Assembly (NCBI GenBank): GCA_035063585.1
Contig: JAPSGB010000003.1
Span: forward strand, 32,001-96,000
Direction of reading: 5' to 3'
DNA from: Polyangiaceae bacterium
GTDB lineage: Bacteria > Myxococcota_A > Polyangia > Polyangiales > Polyangiaceae
Length of the DNA stretch: 64,000 nucleotides
Shown: positions 1 through 9,569 of the stretch, piece after piece
Position numbering within the stretch: the stretch's first letter is position 1
Layout of the letters: each line of letters opens with the position of its first letter
Translations under genes and position numbers: made by a program
Notes under the pieces: generated by a model
Databases searched by the model: none
What the model was told of the DNA's origin: nothing
The model's input: only the letters and a program-made list of their open reading frames with translations

Positions 1-295
1 GTCGCGCGTCGAGCTCCGCCGGATCCGGCGTTCGCCGCACCGAGATGACCTGGTCCGGCGCGAGCGCCTCCTTCCCGCGCCGTCGCGGGGGCCGCGGCAG
101 CGGCGTCCCGGTCGCGTCGGGATGGTACCCATCGCGGCACTCGACGCTGCAGAAGTAGCGGAACCGTTCGCGGAAGATCGCGACGCGAGCCGCGCGGAGC
201 GGATCGACCAGAGCGCCGCAGGTCGCGCACGACACGGGGCGAGCGAGCGGCCCCGCCGGGGTCGGTGACGATTGGCGCTCGCCGAGTTCGCTCAT
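1..295 (-). CDS. Partial CDS (N-terminus only) with a YHS/TRASH-like metal-binding motif; possibly a heavy-metal P1B-type ATPase
   Basis: Not in the ORF track. The ATG at 295 overlaps the argF stop (TGATG). Reads MSELGERQSS...VSCATCGALVDP...FRYFCSVECRD (CxxC...YFCSxxC) and runs off the window. ATPase identity is inference only. Confidence 0.65.
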   Translation of the reverse strand, partial: MSELGERQSSPTPAGPLARPVSCATCGALVDPLRAARVAIFRERFRYFCSVECRDGYHPDATGTPLPRPPRRRGKEALAPDQVISVRRTPDPAELDAR

Positions 296-1203
296 CAAGC
301 TCCGAGCGCCCAGACCAGCGCCGCCTTCGCCGTGTGCAGGCGCGCCTCGGCTTCGTCCCACACGAAGCTGCGCGGCCCCTCGAGGACGTCCGCCTCGATC
401 TCCTCGCCGCGGTGCGCTGGCAGGCAGTGGAGGATGACCACCTCCGGAGAGGCGAGCGTCACGAGCTCGCGCGTCACCCGGAAGCCGGAAAAATCAGCCA
501 GGCGCTTCGCGCTCTCCGCTTCCTGCCCCATGCTGGTGAACACGTCCGTGCTCACCACGTCCGCGCCGCGGGCGGCGTCCCTCGGATCTCGGGTCACCGA
601 GACGCGCGCGCCGCGCGCTCGCGCCAGAGAGAGGTAGCGCTCCGAGGGGTCGTACCCCTCGGGGCAGGCGACCACGAGCTCGAGCCCGAGGAGCCCCGCG
701 GCCTCGATCCAGGAGTTTGCCATGTTGTTGCCGTCGCCGATGAAGGCGTAGCGGAGCCCCGCGAGGCGCCCGCGCGCGCGTCGCACCGTCATCAGATCGG
801 CGAGCAGCTGCATCGGGTGGCTCTGGTCGGTGAGCGCGTTCAAGACCGGTATCGAGGAGTGCTCGGCGAGCTCCCGCAGGCGCTCCTCCCCGGAGGTGCG
901 GAGCGTCACGGCGTGCACCATTCTCGAGAGCACCCGCGCGGTGTCGGCGATGGGCTCGCCGCGGCCGAGCTGCGAGCCCGCGCTGGTGATCACGAGCGGG
1001 TGGCCGCCGAGCTCTGCCACCGCGACCTCGAGTGAGATCCGGGTGCGGGTCGAGGCCTTCTCGAAGAGCAGCGCCACCGATTTCCCCGCGAGCGGTCGCG
1101 GCGAGGCCGCGCCGCCGCGTCCCTCCTTGAAGCGATCGGCCGCGTCGAGCGCGGCGAGCAGCCCGTCGGACCCGAGATCCGAGAGGTCGAGCAGGTGACG
1201 CAT
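295..1203 (-). CDS. argF: Ornithine carbamoyltransferase
   Basis: STRTR carbamoyl-phosphate motif, HPMQLLAD, SMG loop and HCLP; coupled to argD. Confidence 0.95.
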   Translation of the reverse strand: MRHLLDLSDLGSDGLLAALDAADRFKEGRGGAASPRPLAGKSVALLFEKASTRTRISLEVAVAELGGHPLVITSAGSQLGRGEPIADTARVLSRMVHAVTLRTSGEERLRELAEHSSIPVLNALTDQSHPMQLLADLMTVRRARGRLAGLRYAFIGDGNNMANSWIEAAGLLGLELVVACPEGYDPSERYLSLARARGARVSVTRDPRDAARGADVVSTDVFTSMGQEAESAKRLADFSGFRVTRELVTLASPEVVILHCLPAHRGEEIEADVLEGPRSFVWDEAEARLHTAKAALVWALGA

Positions 1204-2408
1204 CAGAGCACCTTGTCCAAGATCGAAATGGCTTCCTCGATCTGACCAGGCTCGACCACCAACGGCGGCGAGAAGCGTAGCGCCTGCGCGCCGGCGAGGG
1301 TGAGCAGCAACCCCGCGTCGCGCAGGACTCCGAGCAGCGCGCGCGCGTCGACGCCTTCGCGCAAGACGAGCGCCTGCAAGAGCCCGCGCCCGCGCGCCGT
1401 CTCGGCGACCTCGCGGTGCTTCTCGGCGAGCGCGCGCAGCCGCGCCGCCAAGAGCTCACCGCGCTCGGCGGCGCGCTTCATGAGGTGCTCCGTCTCGAGC
1501 ACGTCGAGCACGGCGAGGGCGGCCGCGCTCGCGAGCGGGTTTCCGCCGAACGTGGTCCCGTGGCTCCCGGGCGGGAGCGCGCCGGCGAGCGCCTCGGTGC
1601 ACAGCATCGCTCCGATGGGCACACCACCGCCGAGCGCCTTCGCGAGCGCGACCGCGTCGGGGCGAACGTCATCGAGCTGACACGCGAGGAAGCGGCCGGT
1701 GCGTCCGACCCCGGTCTGCACCTCGTCGGCGAGCAGGAGCGCGCCGTGCTCGTCCGCGATGGCGCGGAGACCGGCGAGGAAGCCGCTCGGCGCCGGCAGG
1801 ACGCCTCCCTCGCCCTGCACGGGCTCGACGATGATCGCCGCCACGTCCGGTGCCATCGCGCCGCGGACCGCCTCGAGATCTCCGTAGCGGACGTGGGTCG
1901 CGCCGGGCATGGGGCCGAACCCCTCCCGATATTTCGCCTGGCCGGTGACCGCGAGCGCGCCGAGCGTGCGCCCGTGAAACGAGTTCTCGAAGGCGATGAC
2001 GCGGTAGCGCTCCGTCTCGCCCCGCAGGAAGAAGTGATGGCGCGCGAGCTTCAGCATCGCCTCGTTCGCCTCCGAGCCCGAGTTGCAGAAGAAGGCGCGA
2101 GCCATCCCGCTCTCGGCGCAGAGCCTCTCGGCGAGGAGGACATTCGGCTCGTTGAAGAAGTAATTCGAGGTATGTAGTAACTTGCCGGCTTGCTCCGCGA
2201 TCGCGGAGACGAGCCTCGGGTGTGCGTGACCGAGCGCGCTGGTCGCGATGCCGGCGTACATGTCCAGGTAACGCTTGCCGGCCACGTCCCACACCTCGCA
2301 GCCTCGCCCGCGCGCCAGGACGAGCGGCGGCTGGCGATAGTTCGGATAGAGGTGGTGGTGGGCGGACTCGACCAGCGCGGTCTGGCTCTCGGTCATGGCC
2401 GATGCCAT
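1203..2408 (-). CDS. argD: Acetylornithine aminotransferase (class III PLP); start 2408 or 2396
   Basis: NSGSEANE, FHGRT, EPVQGEGG, DEVQTGVGRTG, AKALGGG and HGTTFGGNP; adjacent to argF. Confidence 0.92.
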   Translation of the reverse strand: MASAMTESQTALVESAHHHLYPNYRQPPLVLARGRGCEVWDVAGKRYLDMYAGIATSALGHAHPRLVSAIAEQAGKLLHTSNYFFNEPNVLLAERLCAESGMARAFFCNSGSEANEAMLKLARHHFFLRGETERYRVIAFENSFHGRTLGALAVTGQAKYREGFGPMPGATHVRYGDLEAVRGAMAPDVAAIIVEPVQGEGGVLPAPSGFLAGLRAIADEHGALLLADEVQTGVGRTGRFLACQLDDVRPDAVALAKALGGGVPIGAMLCTEALAGALPPGSHGTTFGGNPLASAAALAVLDVLETEHLMKRAAERGELLAARLRALAEKHREVAETARGRGLLQALVLREGVDARALLGVLRDAGLLLTLAGAQALRFSPPLVVEPGQIEEAISILDKVL

Positions 2409-2532
2409 TACCCCACGAGCCCGCGCGCGCCAACTCACGGCCGCCCGGTGGGTTTGCCGGCGCGGCGCGGGCGCGTCGTGGAACGCCCGCACCGCTCGCT
2501 CGCGGGCGGTGCGGGCAGCCGGATGGCCGCGC

Positions 2533-3840
2533 TCAGGCGTACAGGCCGCGGAGCTCGGAGGCTCGCGCCACGCGCTGGATGGAGACGACGAACGCCGCCG
2601 TCCGCATGGGGACGTCCTTCTCTTCGGCCGTTGCGAACACGGTGTCGAACGCGGCGTTCATCATGCGCTCGAGATCCTTTTCGATCCGCTCGTGGTCCCA
2701 GTAATAGCCCATGCGGTTCTGGACCCACTCGAAGTAGGACACCGTCACGCCGCCGGCGTTGCAGAGGATGTCCGGGATGATGAAGATCTTCTTCTTCTCG
2801 AGGATGTCGTCGGCCTCTGGGGTGCATGGACCGTTGGCGCACTCCGCGATGATCTTGGCCTTGATGCGCGCGGCGTTCTTCTTCGTGATCTGATTCTCGA
2901 GCGCCGCCGGGATGAGGATGTCCACCGGGAGCTCGAGCAGCTTCATGGGGTCATCGAGCTTCTCCACGCCCTTCGTGCGATCGAAGCCCTTCAGCGTCTT
3001 GTGCTTGGCCACGTGCGCCATGGCGTGGTCGATGTCGACGCCGTCCTTGTGCATGAACGCGCCGTCGACGTCCGAGATGGCGATGATCTTGCAGCCCGCG
3101 TCTCGGAGGAGCTTGGCCGCGAACGAGCCGACGTTCCCGAAGCCCTGGACCGCGACCCTCGCGCCCTCGAGCCCGAGGCCGAGCCGCGCGACCGCGCGCT
3201 TCACGCAGAACACCATGCCTTGGGCGGTAGCGCTCGAGCGGCCGAGGGAGCCGCCAATCTCCACCGGCTTGCCGGTGACCACGGCCGGCAGGTAGTCCCC
3301 ACCGTGGTGCATCGAGTAGGTGTCCATGAACCACGCCATGACCTGGGGGTTCGTGTTCACGTCGGGCGCCGGGATGTCGCGATCGGGTCCGAACATCTCC
3401 ATCATCTCGGCGAAGTAGCGCCGGCTCAGGCGCTCGAGCTCACGCGGGCTCAGTTGGGTCGGGTCGACGATGATGCCGCCCTTGGCGCCGCCCATCGGGA
3501 TGCCGATGGTCGCGCACTTGAACGTCATCCAGAACGCCAGCGCCTTGACTTCATCGATGGTGACGCCCGGGTGGAAGCGCACCCCACCCTTGCCCGGGCC
3601 ACGCGCGATGTTGTGCTGCACGCGGAAGCCCCGGAACGAGTGGATGCTCCCGTCGTCCATGCGAACCGGGAGCTTGACCTCGATGATCCGGCGAGGCTCG
3701 CGGATCACCGCGACTTGATCCGGGGTGAGCTTGATGAGCTCGGCCGCGCGGTTGAACTGGATGAGCGCGTTGTCGAAAGCGGAGACGGGACCACGAATAG
3801 ACGCATCTGCGGGGTTGATCGGCTTCTTCAATGGAATCAC
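2533..3840 (-). CDS. gdhA: Glu/Leu/Phe/Val dehydrogenase family, glutamate dehydrogenase
   Basis: [53 protein letters not shown]. Confidence 0.92.
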   Translation of the reverse strand: MIPLKKPINPADASIRGPVSAFDNALIQFNRAAELIKLTPDQVAVIREPRRIIEVKLPVRMDDGSIHSFRGFRVQHNIARGPGKGGVRFHPGVTIDEVKALAFWMTFKCATIGIPMGGAKGGIIVDPTQLSPRELERLSRRYFAEMMEMFGPDRDIPAPDVNTNPQVMAWFMDTYSMHHGGDYLPAVVTGKPVEIGGSLGRSSATAQGMVFCVKRAVARLGLGLEGARVAVQGFGNVGSFAAKLLRDAGCKIIAISDVDGAFMHKDGVDIDHAMAHVAKHKTLKGFDRTKGVEKLDDPMKLLELPVDILIPAALENQITKKNAARIKAKIIAECANGPCTPEADDILEKKKIFIIPDILCNAGGVTVSYFEWVQNRMGYYWDHERIEKDLERMMNAAFDTVFATAEEKDVPMRTAAFVVSIQRVARASELRGLYA

Positions 3841-3916
3841 CTCGCGCGGGTCCTAGCATGGTGCGATCGCAAAAGGACAATCCCCGTCGCCCGCCGAGCA
3901 GGCCCGCGCGTCGGCT

Positions 3917-3932
3917 GGTGACCAATGTCACT
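3917..3932. promoter_or_regulatory. Palindromic candidate transcription-factor site upstream of gdhA
   Basis: GTGAC-CAAT-GTCAC (3918-3931); GGTGA-N6-TCACT resembles the CRP-family TGTGA-N6-TCACA site. Confidence 0.35.
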
Positions 3933-3999
3933 CGGCTCATGCCGCATCGCGTCGTCCGGGCGGCGCGCGCCGCGACGCCGCGCTGCGAAAACGCACGCT

Positions 4000-4782
4000 T
4001 CAGCGGGAACGAAGGCGGGTGAGCGCTCCGGCCAACTCCGCGAAGCCGGCGCCGCGCGCCGCGCGCGTCACGTAACGCGGCGCGACGGTGAAGCGACCGG
4101 TGAGGTTACTCACCGCGATGGTGGTGCGAAACGCGTTGAAGCACGCCTCGTCGTTCTGGCTGTCGCCGATGAAGGCCCAGCGCCGGAGCGCCGCGGTCGG
4201 GTCGGCGTCGAAGAGGTGACCGAGCAGGCGGAGCGTGCCGGAGGCCTTGTCGTCGGCGTCGAGGGAGACGTGCAGGTGCACACTCGAGCGAGTGCTCGTG
4301 AAGCGCTGCTCATCGATGAAGGCGGTGGCTTCACGCACCAGCTCCTCCGGCACGCGCACGTGCTCGCCGATGTCGAAGGTGAAGTCGCTGAGCCGCGCGT
4401 CCACGTCGTCGGCGGGGGTGAGTATCGGGAACCGCTCGCGGATTTCCGCGACCAGCGCCGCGATCCGGCGCCGGCGCGCGCGGCGCTCGCCTTCCTCGAC
4501 GCGATCGAGGCGCCCCACCGCGCCGCCGTTTCGGAAGAGCCCGACGGCGCCGTTCTCCGTCACGGCTCCGTCGATGGGCCACTGCCGCACCAGGAGCGCG
4601 CCCCATCCGGCAGGACGCCCGGTGACCGCGACGAGCCGGAGCCCCGCCTCCGCGAGGCGAAAGAGCGCCGAGTAGGCGGGCTCGGTGAGGCGGCCGGCGT
4701 CGAGCAGGGTGTCGTCGAGATCGAAGAGCACGCCGGTGAGCCCGCGCGCTTCGGTGGCGTCGAGCGCCTCGAGGGGTCGCAT
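4000..4782 (-). CDS. HAD-superfamily subfamily IIB hydrolase
   Basis: FDLDDT motif I, VTGRP motif II, K motif III, GDSQND motif IV. Confidence 0.88.
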   Translation of the reverse strand: MRPLEALDATEARGLTGVLFDLDDTLLDAGRLTEPAYSALFRLAEAGLRLVAVTGRPAGWGALLVRQWPIDGAVTENGAVGLFRNGGAVGRLDRVEEGERRARRRRIAALVAEIRERFPILTPADDVDARLSDFTFDIGEHVRVPEELVREATAFIDEQRFTSTRSSVHLHVSLDADDKASGTLRLLGHLFDADPTAALRRWAFIGDSQNDEACFNAFRTTIAVSNLTGRFTVAPRYVTRAARGAGFAELAGALTRLRSR

Positions 4783-4834
4783 GAGAGGGCGTCCTATCTC
4801 AGGGGGTGAGCGCCCGCCACCGTGACCGTCCGGC

Positions 4835-5329
4835 TCAGCGCACGGACCGGACGAGCCCCTCGACCTCGCCCTGCGGAGCCGACCAGCTTACGACGTCGCC
4901 CGCCCGGCGGCCGATGAGCGCGCGTCCGAGCGGAGAACGCGGCGTGACCACCCGTACCACTTCGTCGCTCGCGGTCGCCTCGGCGCCGGCGGCCGCGGGC
5001 AAGATGAAATAGGTGAGCGTGCCCGAGGTGAGCTCCACCGTCACGAGCGCGCCGAGCGCGGCGGGCTCGTGCTCGGCGCGCTCGCGGAGCACGAGCCCGT
5101 CGAGCGCGGAGAGCTCCTCTTCGAGCGTCGCGACGCGCCTCGCCTGTCCGCGCGCGACGTACGAGGCCTCGGTGGAGCGCATGTCCTTGTCACCCTCGGC
5201 GCGAGCGTCGGGGTGCGTGACCCCCTCTGCGGTGGCGGCGTGGGAGCGCGCGAGCATGGCGAGATCGTCGCGGAGCCCGGCGCGGATTCGAGCGAGGAGC
5301 GCGTGCTTCTTGGCGAGCGTGGTCGTCAT
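4835..5329 (-). CDS. GreA/GreB-family protein (atypical clade)
   Basis: N-terminal coiled coil plus C-terminal LGALVTVE...VVTPRSPLGRALIGRRAGDVV; start set at MTTTLAKK. Confidence 0.8.
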   Translation of the reverse strand: MTTTLAKKHALLARIRAGLRDDLAMLARSHAATAEGVTHPDARAEGDKDMRSTEASYVARGQARRVATLEEELSALDGLVLRERAEHEPAALGALVTVELTSGTLTYFILPAAAGAEATASDEVVRVVTPRSPLGRALIGRRAGDVVSWSAPQGEVEGLVRSVR

Positions 5330-5477
5330 GGGATGGAGCGTGCGCGCCGAGTCGGCCTGGGCTCGCCGCTCGGACCGCGCGCCTCCCGACCGGGTGGGCT
5401 CGGGCGGGCGGGACGAGCGAGACGCGCGGGTCGCCACCGGCATCGCCGGATCTGATAGCATGCCCGCGAGACCACTC

Positions 5478-5843
5478 ATGACAGACTCGAATGATGACCG
5501 CCGCCGGGATCGCCGGGACTATAGCTGCATTCCCGCGTACATGGAGTCCAAGGACGAGACGCAGTATCTCGCGCTCATCCGCGACGTCAGCACCCGCGGC
5601 GCGCGGCTCTTCGTCCAGAAGTCATTGCCGATCGGTGATCCCGTGCATCTGTCCCTCTACCTGTCGGGCCAGAGCCAGGATCCGCGACCGGCGACCGGGC
5701 TGGTGGTGCGCTGCGAGCCGCGCGCCGTCCGCGAGGTCTGGCAGTACGAGATCGCGGTCGAGTTCGACGCTCCCATCGATGACTACGCGGAGGAGATCGC
5801 CGATCTCACCCGCCGCCAGACGGACATGGGGCTCTTCAAGTGA
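5478..5843 (+). CDS. Stand-alone PilZ-domain protein (c-di-GMP receptor); alternative start 5460
   Basis: RRRDRR (RxxxR) and DVSTRG (DxSxxG) motifs; ends with GxVVR...AVEF. Confidence 0.85.
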   Translation: MTDSNDDRRRDRRDYSCIPAYMESKDETQYLALIRDVSTRGARLFVQKSLPIGDPVHLSLYLSGQSQDPRPATGLVVRCEPRAVREVWQYEIAVEFDAPIDDYAEEIADLTRRQTDMGLFK

Positions 5844-6002
5844 GCGCCCGCCCGGCGACCGCGCCGTTGGCCTCGACTGACCTCGTGCGGCGCCACGAGC
5901 GGCGACTCGGCGAGCCCGGGCGCCCGGCTCGCGCCGCCGGCCGCGCCGGACCGCCATCCTCGGGCCTCTCGCGCGCCGTTTCGTGATACGAGGCGTGCCG
6001 CC

Positions 6003-7718
6003 ATGCGATATCGAAACGCGCTCCTGCCGACCCTGAAAGAGGCGCCGTCGGATGCGACCAGCGCAAGCCACATCTTCTTGCAGCGCGCCGGTTACGTGCG
6101 CCGAGTCGGCGCCGGGGTGTATAGCTTCCTGCCGCTCGGGGTGCGCGTGCTCAGAAGAGTCGAGCGCATCGTGCGCGAGGAGATGGATCGAGCCGGTGCG
6201 GAGGAGGTGCTCTTACCCGGGCTCCTACCAGCGGACTACTTCCGAGAGTCCGGTCGCTGGGACACCTTCGGCGACACGCTCTTTCGCCTGAAGGATCGCA
6301 AGGGCGGCGACTATCACCTCGGCCCGACGCACGAGGAGATCATCACCGATCTCGCGCGGCACGAGCTCAAGAGCTACCGCGACGTCCCGAAGAACCTCTA
6401 CCAGATCCAGACGAAGTTCCGCGATGAGCCGCGGCCGCGAGCGGGGCTCCTCCGATGCCGCGAGTTCATCATGAAGGATGCGTATTCGTTCGACGCGTCG
6501 CCGGAGGCCGGGATCGCGAGCTACGAGAAGATGCGACTCGCGTATCGCGCGGTGTTCGATCGCATGAGGCTCGACTACCGCATGGTGGCAGCGGACTCGG
6601 GCGCGATGGGCGGCTCGCAGAGCGCCGAGTTTCAGGTCCTGGTGCAGAGCGGCGAGGACGTCATCGCCGCGTGCAGCCAGTGCGACTACGCGGCAAACCT
6701 CGAGGTGGCGACGACCCCTCCGTTCCCGCGGCGCGGAGACGGGAGCTCGACGCCGGCCGCGGAGAAGGTCGCGACGCCCACCCAGCGCACCATCGAGGAG
6801 GTGAGCGCGTTCCTCGGGGCGCCCGCCGAGCGGTTCCTGAAGAGCCTGCTCTACCTCGCGGATGGCGAGATCGTGATGGCCGTGGTGCGTGGCGATCACG
6901 AGGTGAACGAGATCAAGCTCGCCAAGGCGCTCGGCGTGCGCGAGGTGTTCATGGCCGCTCCGGCGGACGTCGAGAAGGCGACCGGCGCGGCCGTGGGTTT
7001 TGCCGGCCCGGTGGGCTTCGCGGGGCGGCTCCTCGTCGATCGCGACGCGGCCAGCGTCTCGGACGCCATCACGGGCGCCAATCAGAGCGGACAGCACCTG
7101 CGGCACGTCGAGCCGGGGCGGGATTTCGCGGGAGAGACGGCGGAGCTTCGCAGCGTGAAGGACGGCGATCTCTGCCCGAGTTGCGGAGCGTCGCTCGGGC
7201 TCTACCGCGGCATCGAGGCTGGGCACATCTTCCTCCTCGGCACGCACTACTCGGCCAAGATGGGCGCGACGTTCCTCGACGACGCCGGTGAGAGCCGCCC
7301 GCTCGTGATGGGGTGCTACGGGATCGGGGTGTCGCGGCTGGTGGCGACCGCTGTCGAGCAGTTCCATGACGCGGACGGCATCCTGTGGCCGATGGCGCTC
7401 GCGCCGTATCAGATCCACCTGGCGCAGCTCGGGAGTGAGCCGGAGGTCGTCGACGCGGTAGCGCGGCTCGAGCGGGAGCTCGAGGCGCTCGGCGTCGAGG
7501 TGCTGGTGGATGATCGCGACGAGCGCCCGGGGGTGAAGTTCAAGGATGCCGACCTCATCGGGATCCCGCTGCGTGTCACGGTCGGGGCGAAGTCGCTCAA
7601 GAACGGCGGCGTCGAGCTCAAGCCGCGGAGCCAGCGCGACCCGAAGCAGGCTGAGATCGTGCCGCTCGAGGGCGCAGCCGCGGCGCTCGCGGCGCGGGTC
7701 GCCGCGGCGCTCGCCTGA
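6003..7718 (+). CDS. proS: Proline--tRNA ligase (bacterial type with insertion editing domain)
   Basis: LGPTHEE, QIQTKFRDEPRPRAGLLRCREF, GIEAGHIF, MGCYGIG, DDRDERPGVKFKDADLIG. Confidence 0.97.
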   Translation: MRYRNALLPTLKEAPSDATSASHIFLQRAGYVRRVGAGVYSFLPLGVRVLRRVERIVREEMDRAGAEEVLLPGLLPADYFRESGRWDTFGDTLFRLKDRKGGDYHLGPTHEEIITDLARHELKSYRDVPKNLYQIQTKFRDEPRPRAGLLRCREFIMKDAYSFDASPEAGIASYEKMRLAYRAVFDRMRLDYRMVAADSGAMGGSQSAEFQVLVQSGEDVIAACSQCDYAANLEVATTPPFPRRGDGSSTPAAEKVATPTQRTIEEVSAFLGAPAERFLKSLLYLADGEIVMAVVRGDHEVNEIKLAKALGVREVFMAAPADVEKATGAAVGFAGPVGFAGRLLVDRDAASVSDAITGANQSGQHLRHVEPGRDFAGETAELRSVKDGDLCPSCGASLGLYRGIEAGHIFLLGTHYSAKMGATFLDDAGESRPLVMGCYGIGVSRLVATAVEQFHDADGILWPMALAPYQIHLAQLGSEPEVVDAVARLERELEALGVEVLVDDRDERPGVKFKDADLIGIPLRVTVGAKSLKNGGVELKPRSQRDPKQAEIVPLEGAAAALAARVAAALA

Positions 7719-7799
7719 AGTGCCCGGGAAGGGCGAGCGCCGCAGGTCGATGGTGCCTGGCCGGAGGGTACGGTACTCTCGGGACAGGAGGGCACCATC

Positions 7800-8555
7800 G
7801 TGAGAAGGTACACGCGCGCTGGGTTCGTTGGGCTCGTGGTCTTGGCCGCCGCGTCGTCTGCGTGCGAGAAGAAGGCGGTCGAGTCTTCGTCGCCCACCGT
7901 CGCGCCGCCCGAGCCCGCACCCGTGGCGTCCACCGCCGCTCCCGGGCGGGTCAACCCCAGGGACGTCTCGGGGAACTACAAGATCCTCTCGGCCGCAAAC
8001 CCGGGTGGCGGCGGCGGCTATTCGGGGACCGTGGCCATCACCAAGCAGGGCGATCACTATCAGCTCGTCTGGACCATCGGAGACGATCCGCCGTATCGGG
8101 GCGTGGGGCTCGTGATGGGGCAGGTGTTCGGCGTCGGCTGGGGCCTCGGCGACGCCTACGGTGTGGCGATCTACAAGGTGTCGGGCGGATCGCTCGACGG
8201 CAGGTGGGCTACCTCGCGGAGCCAGGGCCGCGCCGGCACCGAGAAGCTGTCCGGCCCCGCCGGCTTGAACGGCACCTACCAGATCACCGAGGGCAAGGAC
8301 GGCGACGCACTCCAGCCTTACACCGGTACCGTGACCATCAAGCCGAGCGGCAAGGTGTATCAGGTGACCTGGACGCTCCCGTCCGAGTCCTACTCGGGGG
8401 TCGGGATCCTCGATGGCGAGATCTTCTCGGTCGGCTGGGGGAGCGCGGGTAAGGGGGCAGGCGCGGTGATGTATGAAGTCGGCGAGACGCTGGACGGCAA
8501 ATGGGCGCAGCCGGACGGCACCGCGCTCGGCAGCGAAGTGCTCGGGAAGCTCTGA
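7800..8555 (+). CDS. Lipoprotein with two tandem ~100-aa beta-barrel-like repeats
   Basis: SD AGGAGG; lipobox-like ASSAC; internal duplication GxYxI...YxGTVxI...YQxxW...YxGVG...GWG...LDGxWA...GxExL. Confidence 0.8.
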   Translation: MRRYTRAGFVGLVVLAAASSACEKKAVESSSPTVAPPEPAPVASTAAPGRVNPRDVSGNYKILSAANPGGGGGYSGTVAITKQGDHYQLVWTIGDDPPYRGVGLVMGQVFGVGWGLGDAYGVAIYKVSGGSLDGRWATSRSQGRAGTEKLSGPAGLNGTYQITEGKDGDALQPYTGTVTIKPSGKVYQVTWTLPSESYSGVGILDGEIFSVGWGSAGKGAGAVMYEVGETLDGKWAQPDGTALGSEVLGKL

Positions 8556-8626
8556 CGTGGGAGCCGGGCCGCGAGCGCGCGTCGAATCTCGCGCGGCTCG
8601 CTCGTGCGGAGGGTATACTTCCGCTC

Positions 8627-9538
8627 GTGTCCGCGGAGCTGAGGGTCCGGTTTCTCCGAGACATCCTGCGCTCGGTCGAGCGCGAGCATGGCCCGGAGAC
8701 GCTTCAGCGCGTGCGAGCCCGGCTCCCGGAGCGCTTGCACGTGCACCTCGAACCCGAGCGGTTGCGCTCGAGCACGCCGTCGGAGACGATGTCGCTCGAC
8801 GACGCCGAAGAGGTAATCTTGGCGATCGATAGCGGGCTCGGCGACGGAACCGGGCGCGTCCTCGAGAGCGCCAGCGCCGACCTCGTCGGGCGCACCCTGG
8901 CGAGCGGCGGGCTCCTGGTGCTCGGAGATCTCGCCGCCACGGTGGCGCGCATGCAAGCGCCGCTCGAGTGGCCGTTCGTGGGCGCGGCCATGACCTTCGA
9001 TCTCGAGCCGACCGACACCGGCTTCTCGCTCACGCTCGGCGTCTCCGGTCGTCCGCGGACGGCGCGTGTGCTCCGGCATGTCGCGACGGGCGCCATCCGC
9101 GCTGCGCAGCGTTACTGTCGAGAGGCGAACGGCGAAGAGCTCGAGCTCCTCACCGGCGTCTTCGGTGATCGCGCGAACGTCACCACGTCGTATCGCTCGC
9201 CGCGGCCGTCCGATGCACCGGACCCGAACGACGTGCGGCTCAAGGCGACGCGCCGGCTCGGACGAAAGACCACGCAGCCGCGCCTCGCCGAGGAGGTCGA
9301 GCGCATCCTGTCCTCGCCGCCGGCCGCGCCGAGCCATCATCCCCCAGACGCCGCGAACGCGCTCATCGAGCGGTCGCGCACCGCGCCCGGCGCTGGCTCT
9401 TCGCGCCCGCCCGAGCGCTCGACGAGCAGCCTCCCGCCCGAGCGCTCGTCGAGCAGCCTCCCGCCCGAGCGCTCGTCGAGCAGCCTCCCGCCCGAGCGCT
9501 CGTCGAGCAGCAAGCCGCCGAAGCCGCGCGACGACTGA
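8627..9538 (+). CDS. Hypothetical protein (DUF2378/V4R-like N-terminus, low-complexity tail)
   Basis: GTG start 7 nt after TATACT; globular N-terminus (EREHGPETLQRVRARLPE) resembles myxobacterial DUF2378-type proteins; family call is tentative. Confidence 0.65.
   Translation: MSAELRVRFLRDILRSVEREHGPETLQRVRARLPERLHVHLEPERLRSSTPSETMSLDDAEEVILAIDSGLGDGTGRVLESASADLVGRTLASGGLLVLGDLAATVARMQAPLEWPFVGAAMTFDLEPTDTGFSLTLGVSGRPRTARVLRHVATGAIRAAQRYCREANGEELELLTGVFGDRANVTTSYRSPRPSDAPDPNDVRLKATRRLGRKTTQPRLAEEVERILSSPPAAPSHHPPDAANALIERSRTAPGAGSSRPPERSTSSLPPERSSSSLPPERSSSSLPPERSSSSKPPKPRDD
9406..9511 (+). repeat. 27-bp coding tandem repeat, about 4 copies (PPERSSSSL)
   Basis: Unit cccgcccgagcgctcgtcgagcagcct at 9406 (one mismatch), 9433, 9460 and 9487 (partial). 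Confidence 0.95.
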
Positions 9539-9569
9539 CCCGCAGACGCAGGCGTAGCGCCGCGGTAGC

